A stretch of DNA of 64,000 nt from Candidatus Omnitrophota bacterium. Its GTDB lineage: Bacteria > Omnitrophota > Gorgyraeia > Zapsychrales > Fredricksoniimonadaceae. The notes beneath the pieces are model-generated. The model did not search any database. It saw only the letters and a program-made list of their open reading frames with translations, and had not been told where the DNA came from. Location of the stretch: the NCBI GenBank assembly GCA_963828495.1, contig CAWHFJ010000014.1, positions 41,538 to 105,537 on the forward strand. The letters run 5' to 3'. Numbering within the stretch: the stretch's first letter is position 1; every line of letters begins with the position of its first letter. Positions 9,263 through 19,400 of this stretch are shown piece after piece. The translations under genes were made by a program, and so were the position numbers.

Positions 9263-10372
9263 ATGCGTATCATCGATCGCTATATTTTAAAATCCATCCT
9301 GACCATTTTCGTGGGGACTGTTTTTACTTTTGCGTTTTTGTTTATCCTCATCGATATGTTCGGCAACCTGCAAAATTTTATAGAAAAAAGCGTCGGATTA
9401 GACGTCATTTTTCAATACTACGTGTCCTTCCTGCCGACAGTCATTGTGCAGACCTCTACCATGGCGAGTCTTATCGCCGTCATGTTTACCTATAGCAATC
9501 TCAACGCTCATAATGAAATCATTGCCATCCGCACCTCGGGGCTGAATTTCTGGCAAATCGCCCGCCCGGCTTTGGTGTTTGCTCTTTTTATTTCCGCCTT
9601 TGTGTTTTTAGTGAATGAAAAATTCGTGCCGCAATCCTCGATGATCAACCAGGAAATCCGCGACACGGAAATTAAAATCGTCCCCTCCCAAAAAGGTAAA
9701 GGCAAGCCGCCCATCAAAAACCTTACCTTTTATGGCCTCAAAAACCGCCTGTTTTTTATTGACCTCTTTGACCCCAACACCAATGAATTGACCGGCATCA
9801 CCATCATCGGCCATGACCGTAAACAAAACATGGTCGAAAAAATCACGGCCCTCAAAGGCAAATGGACGGGGATCGCCTGGAAATTCTTCAATTGCCAGGT
9901 CGCAGCGTACGATGCCGCTTCACCCAACATCTCCGGCCCCATAAAAATGTCGACGGAAAAACTGATGGACATCAAAGAGACCCCTAAGGATTTTCTCAAA
10001 CAAAGGATGGATGTCTCCTCCATGAACCTCCAAGCGCTTCATAGTTATATCAAACGTTTCTCCGGCAGCGGAGCGCTTAAGACCCTCAGCGACTTGCGGG
10101 TTGATCTGCACCAGAAAATCACTCTGCCTTTGCGTAATTTTATTATTATTTTAATCGGATTGCCTTGTGTGCTTCTATCGGGGGGCAAACGCCGGGGCAT
10201 GACATTTACTTCTATTGCCATTGCCCTGGTCATCGGATTTCTTTATTACGTTGCAGACGCGGTAGGTTTGGCCTTGGCCAAGGGCGGGGCTTTATTGCCG
10301 TGGGAAGGCGCGTGGTTGACCCCTATCCTGTTTACCCTCACAGCACTCTTCGTTATTTTCAGGAATTTTTAG
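9263..10372 (+). CDS. lptG: LPS export permease, LptF/LptG (YjgP/YjgQ) family
   Basis: Same architecture: MRIIDRYILKSIL..., NEIIAIRTSGL. Confidence 0.7.
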   Translation: MRIIDRYILKSILTIFVGTVFTFAFLFILIDMFGNLQNFIEKSVGLDVIFQYYVSFLPTVIVQTSTMASLIAVMFTYSNLNAHNEIIAIRTSGLNFWQIARPALVFALFISAFVFLVNEKFVPQSSMINQEIRDTEIKIVPSQKGKGKPPIKNLTFYGLKNRLFFIDLFDPNTNELTGITIIGHDRKQNMVEKITALKGKWTGIAWKFFNCQVAAYDAASPNISGPIKMSTEKLMDIKETPKDFLKQRMDVSSMNLQALHSYIKRFSGSGALKTLSDLRVDLHQKITLPLRNFIIILIGLPCVLLSGGKRRGMTFTSIAIALVIGFLYYVADAVGLALAKGGALLPWEGAWLTPILFTLTALFVIFRNF

Positions 10373-10406
10373 AGATTGCTTCGTCGCTTCGCTCCTCGCA
10401 ATGACA
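10371..10406. repeat. family A repeat
   Basis: agagattgcttcgtcgcttcgctcctcgcaatgaca starts at the lptG stop codon. A degenerate half copy lies at 10420-10435. Confidence 0.85.
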
Positions 10407-10437
10407 CAGAGGTTTTAGGTTCTCGCAAAGACACAAG

Positions 10438-11099
10438 TTAGGCGCTTGGGAATTGCTTGTGTTTAATGTCCCTGCCTTCGACGATATAAATCACTTCTTC
10501 GGCGATATTGGTGGACAAATCCGCAATGCGCTCCAGGTTGTGAGAGATACGCATCACATGCAGACAACGGGGGATCACATCCTTCTTGCCCCGCATCAGT
10601 TCAGTCAAGTCTTTAAGGATCTTATCGCCGGCCTCATCAACAATATCATCCCTATCACAAACTGTATCGGCCAGGGCAATATCTTCATTGACAAAGGCAT
10701 TGATGCTATCTTTGAGCATCCCCATCGTACTGTCCCCCATGAGCTTTAATTTATCAGAAAGGCCATTCACAGGATTTTTTAATAGAAAAAAGACCGCTTT
10801 CGCAGATATTAACGGCATGGTCTGCCATACGTTCAAGGTCCTTGTTCATCTTGATGATCATAATGACCAAGCCGCAGATCTACGGCCACCGGTTCATACT
10901 GGGCGATTATCTCAACACACATCCTCTCAATCTCCCGGTCATAGTCATTGGCGGCGGGCTCATTGGTATTAATGACCTCCTCCAATAAATTAATGTCTTT
11001 ATCCAAAATCCCCTTGATGCTCCGGCCCAGCATGTCTTCCACGAAGGCGGCATCTTTCAAAAGATAGTTTTTGAGTTCTGATATTTTTTCTCTAAGCAT
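10438..11099 (-). pseudogene. phoU: phosphate signalling regulator PhoU, reading frame broken twice
   Basis: N-terminal ORF ends ...IAQYEPVAVDLR. The conserved LVIMIIKMNKDLERMADHAVNICE reads only in a second frame. The rest (..MLKDSINAFVNEDIALADTV...ISHNLERIADLSTNIAEE) is in the third frame. Last gene of the pst operon. Confidence 0.8.
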
Positions 11100-11112
11100 G
11101 ATGTTTCTCCTA

Positions 11113-11873
11113 TTAACCGAACCTTCCGGTAATATAATCCTCCGTAATTTTACTCGACGGGTTCGTAAAGAAATCCGTGGTTTTACTAAATTCAATGATC
11201 TGCCCGTGCATCAAAAACGCGGTCTTGTCAGAAACCCTGCCTGCCTGCTGCATATTGTGCGTGACAACCACAATCGTGTATTCATCTTTTAATGTGCCCA
11301 TCAACTCCTCAATACGCGCGGTAGCGATGGGATCCAGCGCCGAGCAGGGCTCATCCATTAAAATGATCTCAGGGTCAACCGCAATTGCCCGGGCAATGCA
11401 CAGCCGCTGCTGCTGACCGCCGGAGAGCGACATGGCGCTTTTACCCAGATGGTCTTTGACCTCGTCCCATAAAGCCGCGCGCTTAAGGCTTTTTTCCACG
11501 GCTTCACTGAGAATACGACGATCTTTAATACCCACGATCTTAAGCCCGTAAGCAATATTCTCATAAATGATTTTGGAAATGGGGTGGATTTCTGAAATAC
11601 CATCCCCACCTTGCGCCTAAGCGCCACCACATCCGTATTTTTATCATAAATATCAATCCCGTCAACCAAAACTTCACCTTCCACACGAGTTAAGGGAATC
11701 AAATCATTCATGCGGTTAAAAATACGGATCAACGTCGACTTGCCGCAGCCGGAAGGACCGATCATGGCCACTATCTGATAAGGCTCGATGGTCATGGAAA
11801 TATTCTTCAGCGCCTGATTGTCGCCGTAATAAAAATTCAAATCTTGAACTTTAATGCTTCCTTTAATATCCAT
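11113..11873 (-). pseudogene. pstB: phosphate ABC transporter ATP-binding protein PstB, one frame break
   Basis: Walker A GPSGCGKST, then ...[29 protein letters not shown]...[14 protein letters not shown]...[10 protein letters not shown] continues in another frame, with 1 nt missing near 11568. Confidence 0.9.
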
Positions 11874-11888
11874 AATTATCCATTTTAA

Positions 11889-11925
11889 AGAGATTGCTTC
11901 GTCGCTTCGGCTCCTCGCAATGACA
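11889..11925. repeat. family A repeat
   Basis: agagattgcttcgtcgcttcggctcctcgcaatgaca between pstA and pstB. Confidence 0.85.
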
Positions 11926-11931
11926 CTTATC

Positions 11932-12855
11932 CTATTTCCCCGATGCCCAGCGGTTGCGGCGCATGACGTAAAACTGGGCCCATCCGTTGATGATCAAAAC
12001 CATTAAAATAAGCACAATCGCCCCGGCCCATGCCTGACGGTGCCAGTCATCAAAAGGCGCAATGGCATAAGTAAAAACCTGCAGCGGTAAGGCCGCGATC
12101 GGTTGAGTCAATGAACGCTGCCAGTAGTGGTTACCGAACGCCGTAAAAAGAAGCGGCGCTGTCTCTCCGGCGACCCTTGCCAAAGCCACCATAATTCCGG
12201 TGGTAATGCCCGCCAAAGCTGAGGGGATCACGATATCCACCGTGACGCGCCATTTGGGAACTCCTAAAGCCAAACCTGCCTCCCTCAACTGGGAAGGCAC
12301 CATCCGCACAAATTGCTCGGCTGTTCGCGTAATCATGGGGATCATCATAATCCCTAAGGCGAAACCACCGGAAAGGGCTGAAAAACTTTTCATCGGCAGC
12401 ACGCAGACAATATACGCGAATATCCCATAGACAATCGAAGGAATACCGTTCATCACATCAGCCACAAAACGGACCACCTGCGCAAAATTTTGATCGGCAT
12501 ATTCGCTAAGATACACCCCCGACCCCAAACCTATCGGCACTCCGACACAAACGGCCAGCCCTAACAAAGTCAGAGTTCCCACAATCGCGTTGGCCATGCC
12601 CCCGCCTTTTTCACCGACGGGTTTTGGCAGTTGCGTGAAAAAATCCCAATTCAACGAAGAAATGCCCTGAATGAACAAATGAGCCAAAATAACAAAAAGT
12701 ATAAAAAGTATCAAAAGAGCGCATAAAGACAACACATAGACCATGACACGGTCCCATATGGCCCGACGGAAACGTGTGCGTTCAAAAGATGTATATATAA
12801 GATCCTTTAAAGATTGCTTCGCTTCGCTCGCAATGACACTTGACAGAGGATTCAT
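11932..12855 (-). CDS. pstA: phosphate ABC transporter permease PstA
   Basis: PstA-type permease sequence. ATGA overlap with the pstC stop. The N-terminus contains repeat copy 12809-12838. Confidence 0.9.
   Translation of the reverse strand: MNPLSSVIASEAKQSLKDLIYTSFERTRFRRAIWDRVMVYVLSLCALLILFILFVILAHLFIQGISSLNWDFFTQLPKPVGEKGGGMANAIVGTLTLLGLAVCVGVPIGLGSGVYLSEYADQNFAQVVRFVADVMNGIPSIVYGIFAYIVCVLPMKSFSALSGGFALGIMMIPMITRTAEQFVRMVPSQLREAGLALGVPKWRVTVDIVIPSALAGITTGIMVALARVAGETAPLLFTAFGNHYWQRSLTQPIAALPLQVFTYAIAPFDDWHRQAWAGAIVLILMVLIINGWAQFYVMRRNRWASGK
12809..12838. repeat. family A repeat inside the pstA 5' coding region
   Basis: aaagattgcttcgcttcgctcgcaatgaca, translated on the minus strand as VIASEAKQSL. 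Confidence 0.85.
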
Positions 12856-13778
12856 CTAATCTCCACCGCAGGCCCTTTGGTGACAGACCATATCAAAATC
12901 CGGGCCAATATATTAACAACAATAGAAACTAAAAACAACACCAAACCTATTTCGATTAAAGATGACAAATACATGTTGGTGGCCGCTTCCGCAAATTCAT
13001 TGGCCAACACGCTGGCCAGGGTATACCCGGGAGAAAATAAAGACGCTGTGATCACCGCCGTATTACCGATAATCATGGTGACAGCCATGGTCTCACCGAT
13101 GGCCCGGCCCAAGGCCAAAATCACAGCACCCAAAATCCCCACCTTGCCGTAGCTTAAAACAATATCAGAAATCGCCTCCCAACGGGTGGTGCCCAAGGCA
13201 TAAGCGCTTTCCTTATAAACGCTAGGAACAGCCAGGATCACCTCACGGGACACCGAAATAATAAAAGGCACAATAATAATGGCCAGGATGATACTGGCAG
13301 AGAGAAAACTCACCCCATAATTAGGCCCCTGAAAAAAAGGTAGAAACCCTAGATATTTCCCTAAAAAAGGCTGAACAACGGTGCGCATAAAGGGTACCAA
13401 CACAAAAATACCCCACAGCCCATAAATGACGCTGGGAATGGCCGCCAAAAGGTCCACGAGAATAGATATGGCCTTTGACACCTTCAATGGTGCGTATTCA
13501 GCTAAATAAATGGCCGCCCCCACTCCGATGGGCACAGCCAGCAAAAGCGCTACCAAAGAAGTCACACAGGTGCCGAAAATAAACGGCAAAGCACCGAAAT
13601 TTTCCGCGACAGGATCCCATGTGCTATGAAACAGAAAACCTATCCCGAATTTTTTTAAAGTCAGATGTGAAGCGGAAACTAATTGAAAAAAAATACCAGC
13701 GACAATTATCAGAATGGAGATGGGAAAAACCGCCAATATTCTTCTGAATACTATGTCGCTGGTATCTTGTCTACTCAT
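12852..13778 (-). CDS. pstC: phosphate ABC transporter permease PstC
   Basis: PstC-type permease sequence; position between pstS and pstA. Confidence 0.9.
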   Translation of the reverse strand: MSRQDTSDIVFRRILAVFPISILIIVAGIFFQLVSASHLTLKKFGIGFLFHSTWDPVAENFGALPFIFGTCVTSLVALLLAVPIGVGAAIYLAEYAPLKVSKAISILVDLLAAIPSVIYGLWGIFVLVPFMRTVVQPFLGKYLGFLPFFQGPNYGVSFLSASIILAIIIVPFIISVSREVILAVPSVYKESAYALGTTRWEAISDIVLSYGKVGILGAVILALGRAIGETMAVTMIIGNTAVITASLFSPGYTLASVLANEFAEAATNMYLSSLIEIGLVLFLVSIVVNILARILIWSVTKGPAVEIR

Positions 13779-13841
13779 AAACTATGGGGGCCGACACAAG
13801 GTCGGCCCCTAACCTAATATTTGACCACTCCGCCCCTACGC

Positions 13842-14858
13842 CTAATATTTTACCTGTTCGAGCTTCTTTTGAATCAATTCTACCACATTAGGTGGAAGCG
13901 GCGCATAATCTAATTCTTCGGCATATTTCTGACCATCGGTGACTGCCCATTTGATGAAATTCACAATGGCCTCACCTTTGGCATGGTCACCCATTTGCTT
14001 GTAAATCAAAAGCCAGGTAAAACTGGCAATCGGATAAGCTTCGGGATTGGGGCTGTTGACCACCGAAACCCTGAAATCATTGGGAATGCGGACCCCATCC
14101 GCGGCTTTGGAAGTACTGGCCAAGGTCGGCTCAATATAGTTCCCGCTTTGATTTTTCAAAAAAGCATAAGGTAAACCATTTTGCTTGGCATAAGCTAATT
14201 CCACATAACCGATGCTGCCGGGTGTTTGCTTGAGCAAACCAGCCACCCCTTCGTTACCCTTACCGCCTAAACCAAGAGGCCAGTCGACTGATGTGCCTTT
14301 GCCGACTTTGCCTTTCCAAGCGCTGCTAATGGAACTTAAATAATCAGTGAAGATAAAAGAAGTGCCGCTGCCATCGGAGCGATGCACCACCACAATGGAG
14401 CTGCTGGGAAGATTGACACCGGCATTTTCTTCGGTAATGCGCGGATCGTTCCACTGGGTAATTTTCCCTAAATAGATATCGGCCAAAACATCGCCGCTTA
14501 ATTTAAGCCCCTTGCTGACACCATCAACATTATAGGCCACCGCCACTGATCCCATGACCATTGGAATATGGTAAATACGGCCAGGCGCTGCCGTAAGTTG
14601 ATCCATCGACATAGGACCATCCGAGGCACCGAAATCCACAGTTCTGGCCGTGATTTGCTTGATACCGCCGCCGGAACCAATGGATTGATAATTAAACGCA
14701 ACGCCGGGATTCGCCTTGCCGTACTCATCAAACCATTTGGAATAAATGGGATAAGGGAACGTGGCCCCTGCCCCGTTAATAAGAATTGAATCCGCGAAGG
14801 CAAACGTCGCCCCCACAGCTAATGCTACAACTAAGGCCAAAATCCTTTTCATAAACAA
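13842..14858 (-). CDS. pstS: phosphate ABC transporter substrate-binding protein PstS
   Basis: Signal peptide plus INGAGATFPYPIYSKW...SIGSGGGIKQ motifs of PstS. Confidence 0.9.
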   Translation of the reverse strand: MFMKRILALVVALAVGATFAFADSILINGAGATFPYPIYSKWFDEYGKANPGVAFNYQSIGSGGGIKQITARTVDFGASDGPMSMDQLTAAPGRIYHIPMVMGSVAVAYNVDGVSKGLKLSGDVLADIYLGKITQWNDPRITEENAGVNLPSSSIVVVHRSDGSGTSFIFTDYLSSISSAWKGKVGKGTSVDWPLGLGGKGNEGVAGLLKQTPGSIGYVELAYAKQNGLPYAFLKNQSGNYIEPTLASTSKAADGVRIPNDFRVSVVNSPNPEAYPIASFTWLLIYKQMGDHAKGEAIVNFIKWAVTDGQKYAEELDYAPLPPNVVELIQKKLEQVKY

Positions 14859-14875
14859 TCCCCTTTCTTACTATT

Positions 14876-16303
14876 CTAGAATTTAAAATTTATATCCATT
14901 TGGAACAGATTTTCAGGAGCTTTAACTGATGGACTTGTATTTGTTCCGTTAGCACTTACACCTTGAATACCAGGATCAATCTTGTAAATATTGCTGTGGA
15001 ACCAAGCCATGGTGAACCAAAGATTCTTCATCAAGCCGATATCCAGTTCACTGCGCCAGCCCTTGACATTGGTTTGCCCGGAATAAAAATCAGCATCAGG
15101 GAACACATCTAACCATGCGTCTCTTTCAATGACCTTATAATAGGTGGCGAGTTTCCATGTCCCCCAGCCACTAACGGCTGAATTACCCATATAGGCGCCA
15201 GCCATCCAAGCCTTATTCTGTTCATTTTTATAGGTAGTTACAGGTACATCCTTGGAATTTGAAGTATTATCAGCATAATCTCCAAAAATACCTATTTGAG
15301 GAATATATATAGGAGAAGGCAACATTTCCCCAAACGGATCATTGATGCCCATATCTACCGCTCCAACGATCACGTCATTAAAATTGTAAGTCATGCGGCC
15401 ACCGCCGGCAGATGTTGTTCCTGTATTAATCCCCAGGCCTTCGCCAAAACTTAAATGGGATGGATTGCTAATGTCATACCATGTTACTGCGCCTTTGTAA
15501 TAAACCTGATCAGTTAAATTACCTTTAAGACCACCTTGAGTTACTAACATATACGGATCTGTTTTAAGCGCTGTGGTGGGAGTCGCGGCATGAAGGTCAA
15601 ACACATCCTCCTGTATCCATGGTGTTACATACTCATTGAGTTTCTTTTGAAGTTGAATGCTGCCGCCTTCAGGGGTAATATTCGGATCCCAGAAGAAGCT
15701 GCTGCCTGCACCACCTGGACCAGGCTCCCAGATAGGATTGTCCATCTTGCCACCCATAAGGGTTGCCCACGAAGCAGGCGTATAAACAGCGTAAGCCTTA
15801 TTAAGGACCACATCCGCCTTGCCAAAAGTGTCCGTAGTGGCATTCGTAAGGCCATCTGTTTTACCATTCCCGCCCAAGGTGAGGTTATTACTACGAGCAC
15901 TTTCACCATCGGTTGCGATACCTACAACAAGTTTGACTTTATCATTAATTTGGTCTTCAAAATTCAAACGAGCACGGATACGGGCCCGATTTTGGTCTAA
16001 ATTATCACCGCTGGCAGAACCACCGGGAGCCTTCCTGACCTGAATCTGATCACGCAAACGAAAATCTCCCGATATTTTAAGACCACTCACCCAATCCGGA
16101 AGCATGCTTTTAAAAGTTTTTTCCTGGGAATTTTTCTCATCAGAGGTAATTTCGCCTTTGATTTGATTAGCTTCTTGACTGGTCAAAATCCCCTTGTCCT
16201 CCAGTTTCTGGATCAACGAATCGACACTGGTGCTGGCAGCCAAGGCTAAACCTTGCCAGGTAAAAATAAATCCAGCTACTAACATTAAAACAATTTTTTT
16301 CAT
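14876..16303 (-). CDS. outer-membrane porin, probably phosphate-related
   Basis: Signal peptide, N-terminal coiled segment, long Gly/aromatic-rich beta-strand-like sequence and a C-terminal ...INFKF. First gene of the pst transcription unit. Confidence 0.55.
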   Translation of the reverse strand: MKKIVLMLVAGFIFTWQGLALAASTSVDSLIQKLEDKGILTSQEANQIKGEITSDEKNSQEKTFKSMLPDWVSGLKISGDFRLRDQIQVRKAPGGSASGDNLDQNRARIRARLNFEDQINDKVKLVVGIATDGESARSNNLTLGGNGKTDGLTNATTDTFGKADVVLNKAYAVYTPASWATLMGGKMDNPIWEPGPGGAGSSFFWDPNITPEGGSIQLQKKLNEYVTPWIQEDVFDLHAATPTTALKTDPYMLVTQGGLKGNLTDQVYYKGAVTWYDISNPSHLSFGEGLGINTGTTSAGGGRMTYNFNDVIVGAVDMGINDPFGEMLPSPIYIPQIGIFGDYADNTSNSKDVPVTTYKNEQNKAWMAGAYMGNSAVSGWGTWKLATYYKVIERDAWLDVFPDADFYSGQTNVKGWRSELDIGLMKNLWFTMAWFHSNIYKIDPGIQGVSANGTNTSPSVKAPENLFQMDINFKF

Positions 16304-16377
16304 AACTCCTCCCTAGTTAATCGTGTTTTTATTGGGCTGCCTTATATCTTAGACTGCCTCTAGTGTACGTAACGAGT

Positions 16378-16415
16378 GTGACAAAATCCTTAAGAAGTTG
16401 TGAACTTTTTGTGAA
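16378..16415 (-). promoter_or_regulatory. Pho-box-like cassette, copy 1 (TTCACA-N5-TTCACA-N6-TAAGGATTTTGTCAC)
   Basis: 38-nt block conserved in 3 copies with identical spacing. Lies 74 nt upstream of the porin ATG. Confidence 0.6.
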
Positions 16416-16417
16416 TT

Positions 16418-19400
16418 TTAATTAGGGGTAAACATTAACTCAAAGGCGCCGTTGACTGTTAAATTGGATGTAAAACGGATAATATTAAAGTTAAATCCTT
16501 TAAACCCGTCAGGCATATTAGCGGCAGCCCCATCCTGAATCACCGGAACACTGTCCCCTGAGGACTGTTCAATAAACTGAGGCTTGAAATCAAGGTCAAT
16601 CCCCCCCTCTGACGTTTTTCGGGAGGAGACCTGGGCTTTATTCACGGCAGACACGACCTCTTTCACATAGGCCAGGGTTTCTTGTACCTGCGCATCACCA
16701 TTTTGCCATCTTTCCTTTGTGGTGTTTGGTCGAAATGACGACGCATAAGGCTCATAAGCCTTAACCGCAAGCCTTGGGTTGATCGCATTCACTGCAGCAG
16801 CAACGATCTCGTACAATTGACCTAAAACATCTTCTACGTCTCTGCGCTCACCGTTTGTTAAGGGACTGCCCTTAGGATTTAAGTCGGGCCATGCGCTTCG
16901 TACTGTTATATAGCGGCCATATACCCCGCGTATATTATCATTGACTTGTTTCATCAAAAATATAACCACCGGAATGAGTAAATCGCTTGTCCAGTGTATC
17001 CGCTGTAATTTATCTTCTAATTGAGAATTTTTGAGGACATCGGAGATCTTTGAGAAAATCTTTACAGCATCATCATCCAGCGTATAAATGCCGTTGGACG
17101 CTCTATGCTTTTCAACTAAATCGTTCAATGAAGCCATTTTTTCTTCCAGAAAACGGTTTATGGTTTTTACACCGCCTTTCTCTAAAATTTCCTTTACGGT
17201 AGAATCACCGGTAAGGGGATAATCCGTATTGACAGCTCCCACCAATGGCAAATCAGAATTTTTTACCTTTGAGGTCATAAGAGTGATATGCGCATCGCGG
17301 GCATCCTGTATCGGCCCAAAATCAGGGGACTTAGGAAAAACTAAAACATCTCCTGTCTTGCCATTCTCCGCCATGCTCTGCGCGGCACGGATGCCATTGA
17401 TAAGGCCTAAATCCCACAAATTAGGATCAGGGATGATATCACTCCCAATAAATTCAAACACTCTCCTTTTAGATCCCTTTTTTATGATCCTTAAAGCATC
17501 CAAATAAGCATAGCCGCTGCCTCTTGCTCTTAAAGGCAAGACATAAACGTCAACGCCTGTTCCTATCAATTTGGCTTTTATGGCTTGAAGGTGTTCTTCA
17601 ACGGCGCCGATGTCTCCCCTGCTCTCACAGATGATAACTACCGCGTCAACGCTCCTTGTATTGGGATTAAGTTGCGCCTCAATCGCTTTCCTGCCTTCTG
17701 CCTTGACCAAATCAATATTCTTTTGCTCCTGGGGCCTCCCATTTCTATATGTCCCATAGGGATCGATCAATTTGTCTAGTTGCCTGTCCGCTTTATCAAT
17801 GACCCTGTCAACATTCCTTCCCCATAAAAAATTGAGACTTTTTAGATTGGGAATCCAAAAATTAAATACGGTGTAAAAAACGGAAAATAAAGAAATAAGG
17901 CCCGACACAAAATCAAATTCAGACCTCCCCGAAAGATACAGATAGGATGAAAGAGCTAACTGCAAAGGCGCCAATAAACTAAACATCATGCTGCGGAAAT
18001 CGCGCAGCTTATGGTCTCTGGCATCTTCCGGCAGTTGGGCTGAATATATAGGTATGCCCCCTGCTATAACTTGTTGCAGCCTTGTTTGGCTTTCTTGAAA
18101 AATAGCTTTAGGATCTCTATATAAACCCGGCAATATCTCATTGCCTTGCTGTAATAAGTGGGGAATTTCCAATTTCAACATTACCTGTAATCCCCACCTT
18201 ACAGGATCGTAGAAAAATATCTTTCGCGCTATCCCATACAGCAATTCCCTCCCCCAATCTTTTCCCCGAAATTTATAAGTCATAAACTTATCAATGGTCC
18301 CGCGGCATTTCAGGATCAATAAAAACAGCTTCGCGTATCTCATACTCTTGATGATCGTATTCTTGTCTTCCATGAGACTCGTTCGCATAATGTCCGCCTG
18401 CTGGTCCCTGCTCCTGAGCAAAGGTTCGTTGGCCAAGCGCTCGGTCAAATATAATACCGTCTCGTTGGCTACCCTAAGAAATCTTTTATAACTGACTTGA
18501 TAAAACTTATTGTAAGGCGCTTCTTGATAAAATTTCTCATCCTCCGTGTCTCTGATCAGCTCAGGGCTATACCGCATTGAACTGATCTGCTCAAAGATAT
18601 TGTTGAGGATGAAATTTAGATCGCTGCTCAATTGTTTGAGAGGGACCCTTTGGTTAGGTTGGGACCATGTTCGCATCAGTTCTTCCCACTTATCGAAGGG
18701 CCCTATTTTAGTCTCCTGTGCCACAGTTCGCATGGCCTGGTTAGAACCGTTATGATTTTCTGTAGTTGTATCTTTTAACGTCCCTTCATTCAAATCCTTG
18801 ACCAAGGTACGTAAATCAGCCGTAGGCAGATAAACGAAATTGTGATAGAGAGCCCGTATGGCTTTAGTCCCCCCATATACACCCAATAAACCAGCAATCC
18901 AAAAAACGTATTTCACAATACTTGGGAATGAAGGCAAGTCCCGGTTCAGGTTATTAATGTGATTGATATCGAATTGATCTATAAGAGATGTGAAGTTCTC
19001 CAGCAATTTCTTATTTTTTGGAGTATCCTCATGGTTTCTCAGATAAGTCTGAAATGTTCCTTCAAACTCTCTGGGATCGTGCTGACTTTGTGATTTTTGG
19101 GTAAGCTCATCCAAATTTATTTCCGGCTCGGTAATATGCGTGGTCTTTGACGAGAGTTGCTGAGAGTATTCCGGCCATTGCCGGACAGCCTCAAGCGCCC
19201 ATTCTATGGCCACCTTATGCACCTGCGCTGTTCTTATGGAGTCTCCGCGAGGGTCATCGAGGGAACGCAATTCCAAGGCGGAATAAATCTGAGGATCAAG
19301 AAGTGCATTCAGCGGCTCTTCCTGACGGGTCTCCCTGTTGAGTTTTCTATTGGCGGCCCGAAAAATCCGGTTTGTGGTCGGATTGTCAATGGCTTGTGCG

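Noticed and set aside
10833-11195. The long N-terminal extension of the phoU ORF ([19 protein letters not shown]...), which overlaps the pstB 3' end.
   Set aside because: PhoU homology begins at MLREKISEL (ATG 11099), just downstream of the pstB stop. The extension is the pstB C-terminus read in another frame.
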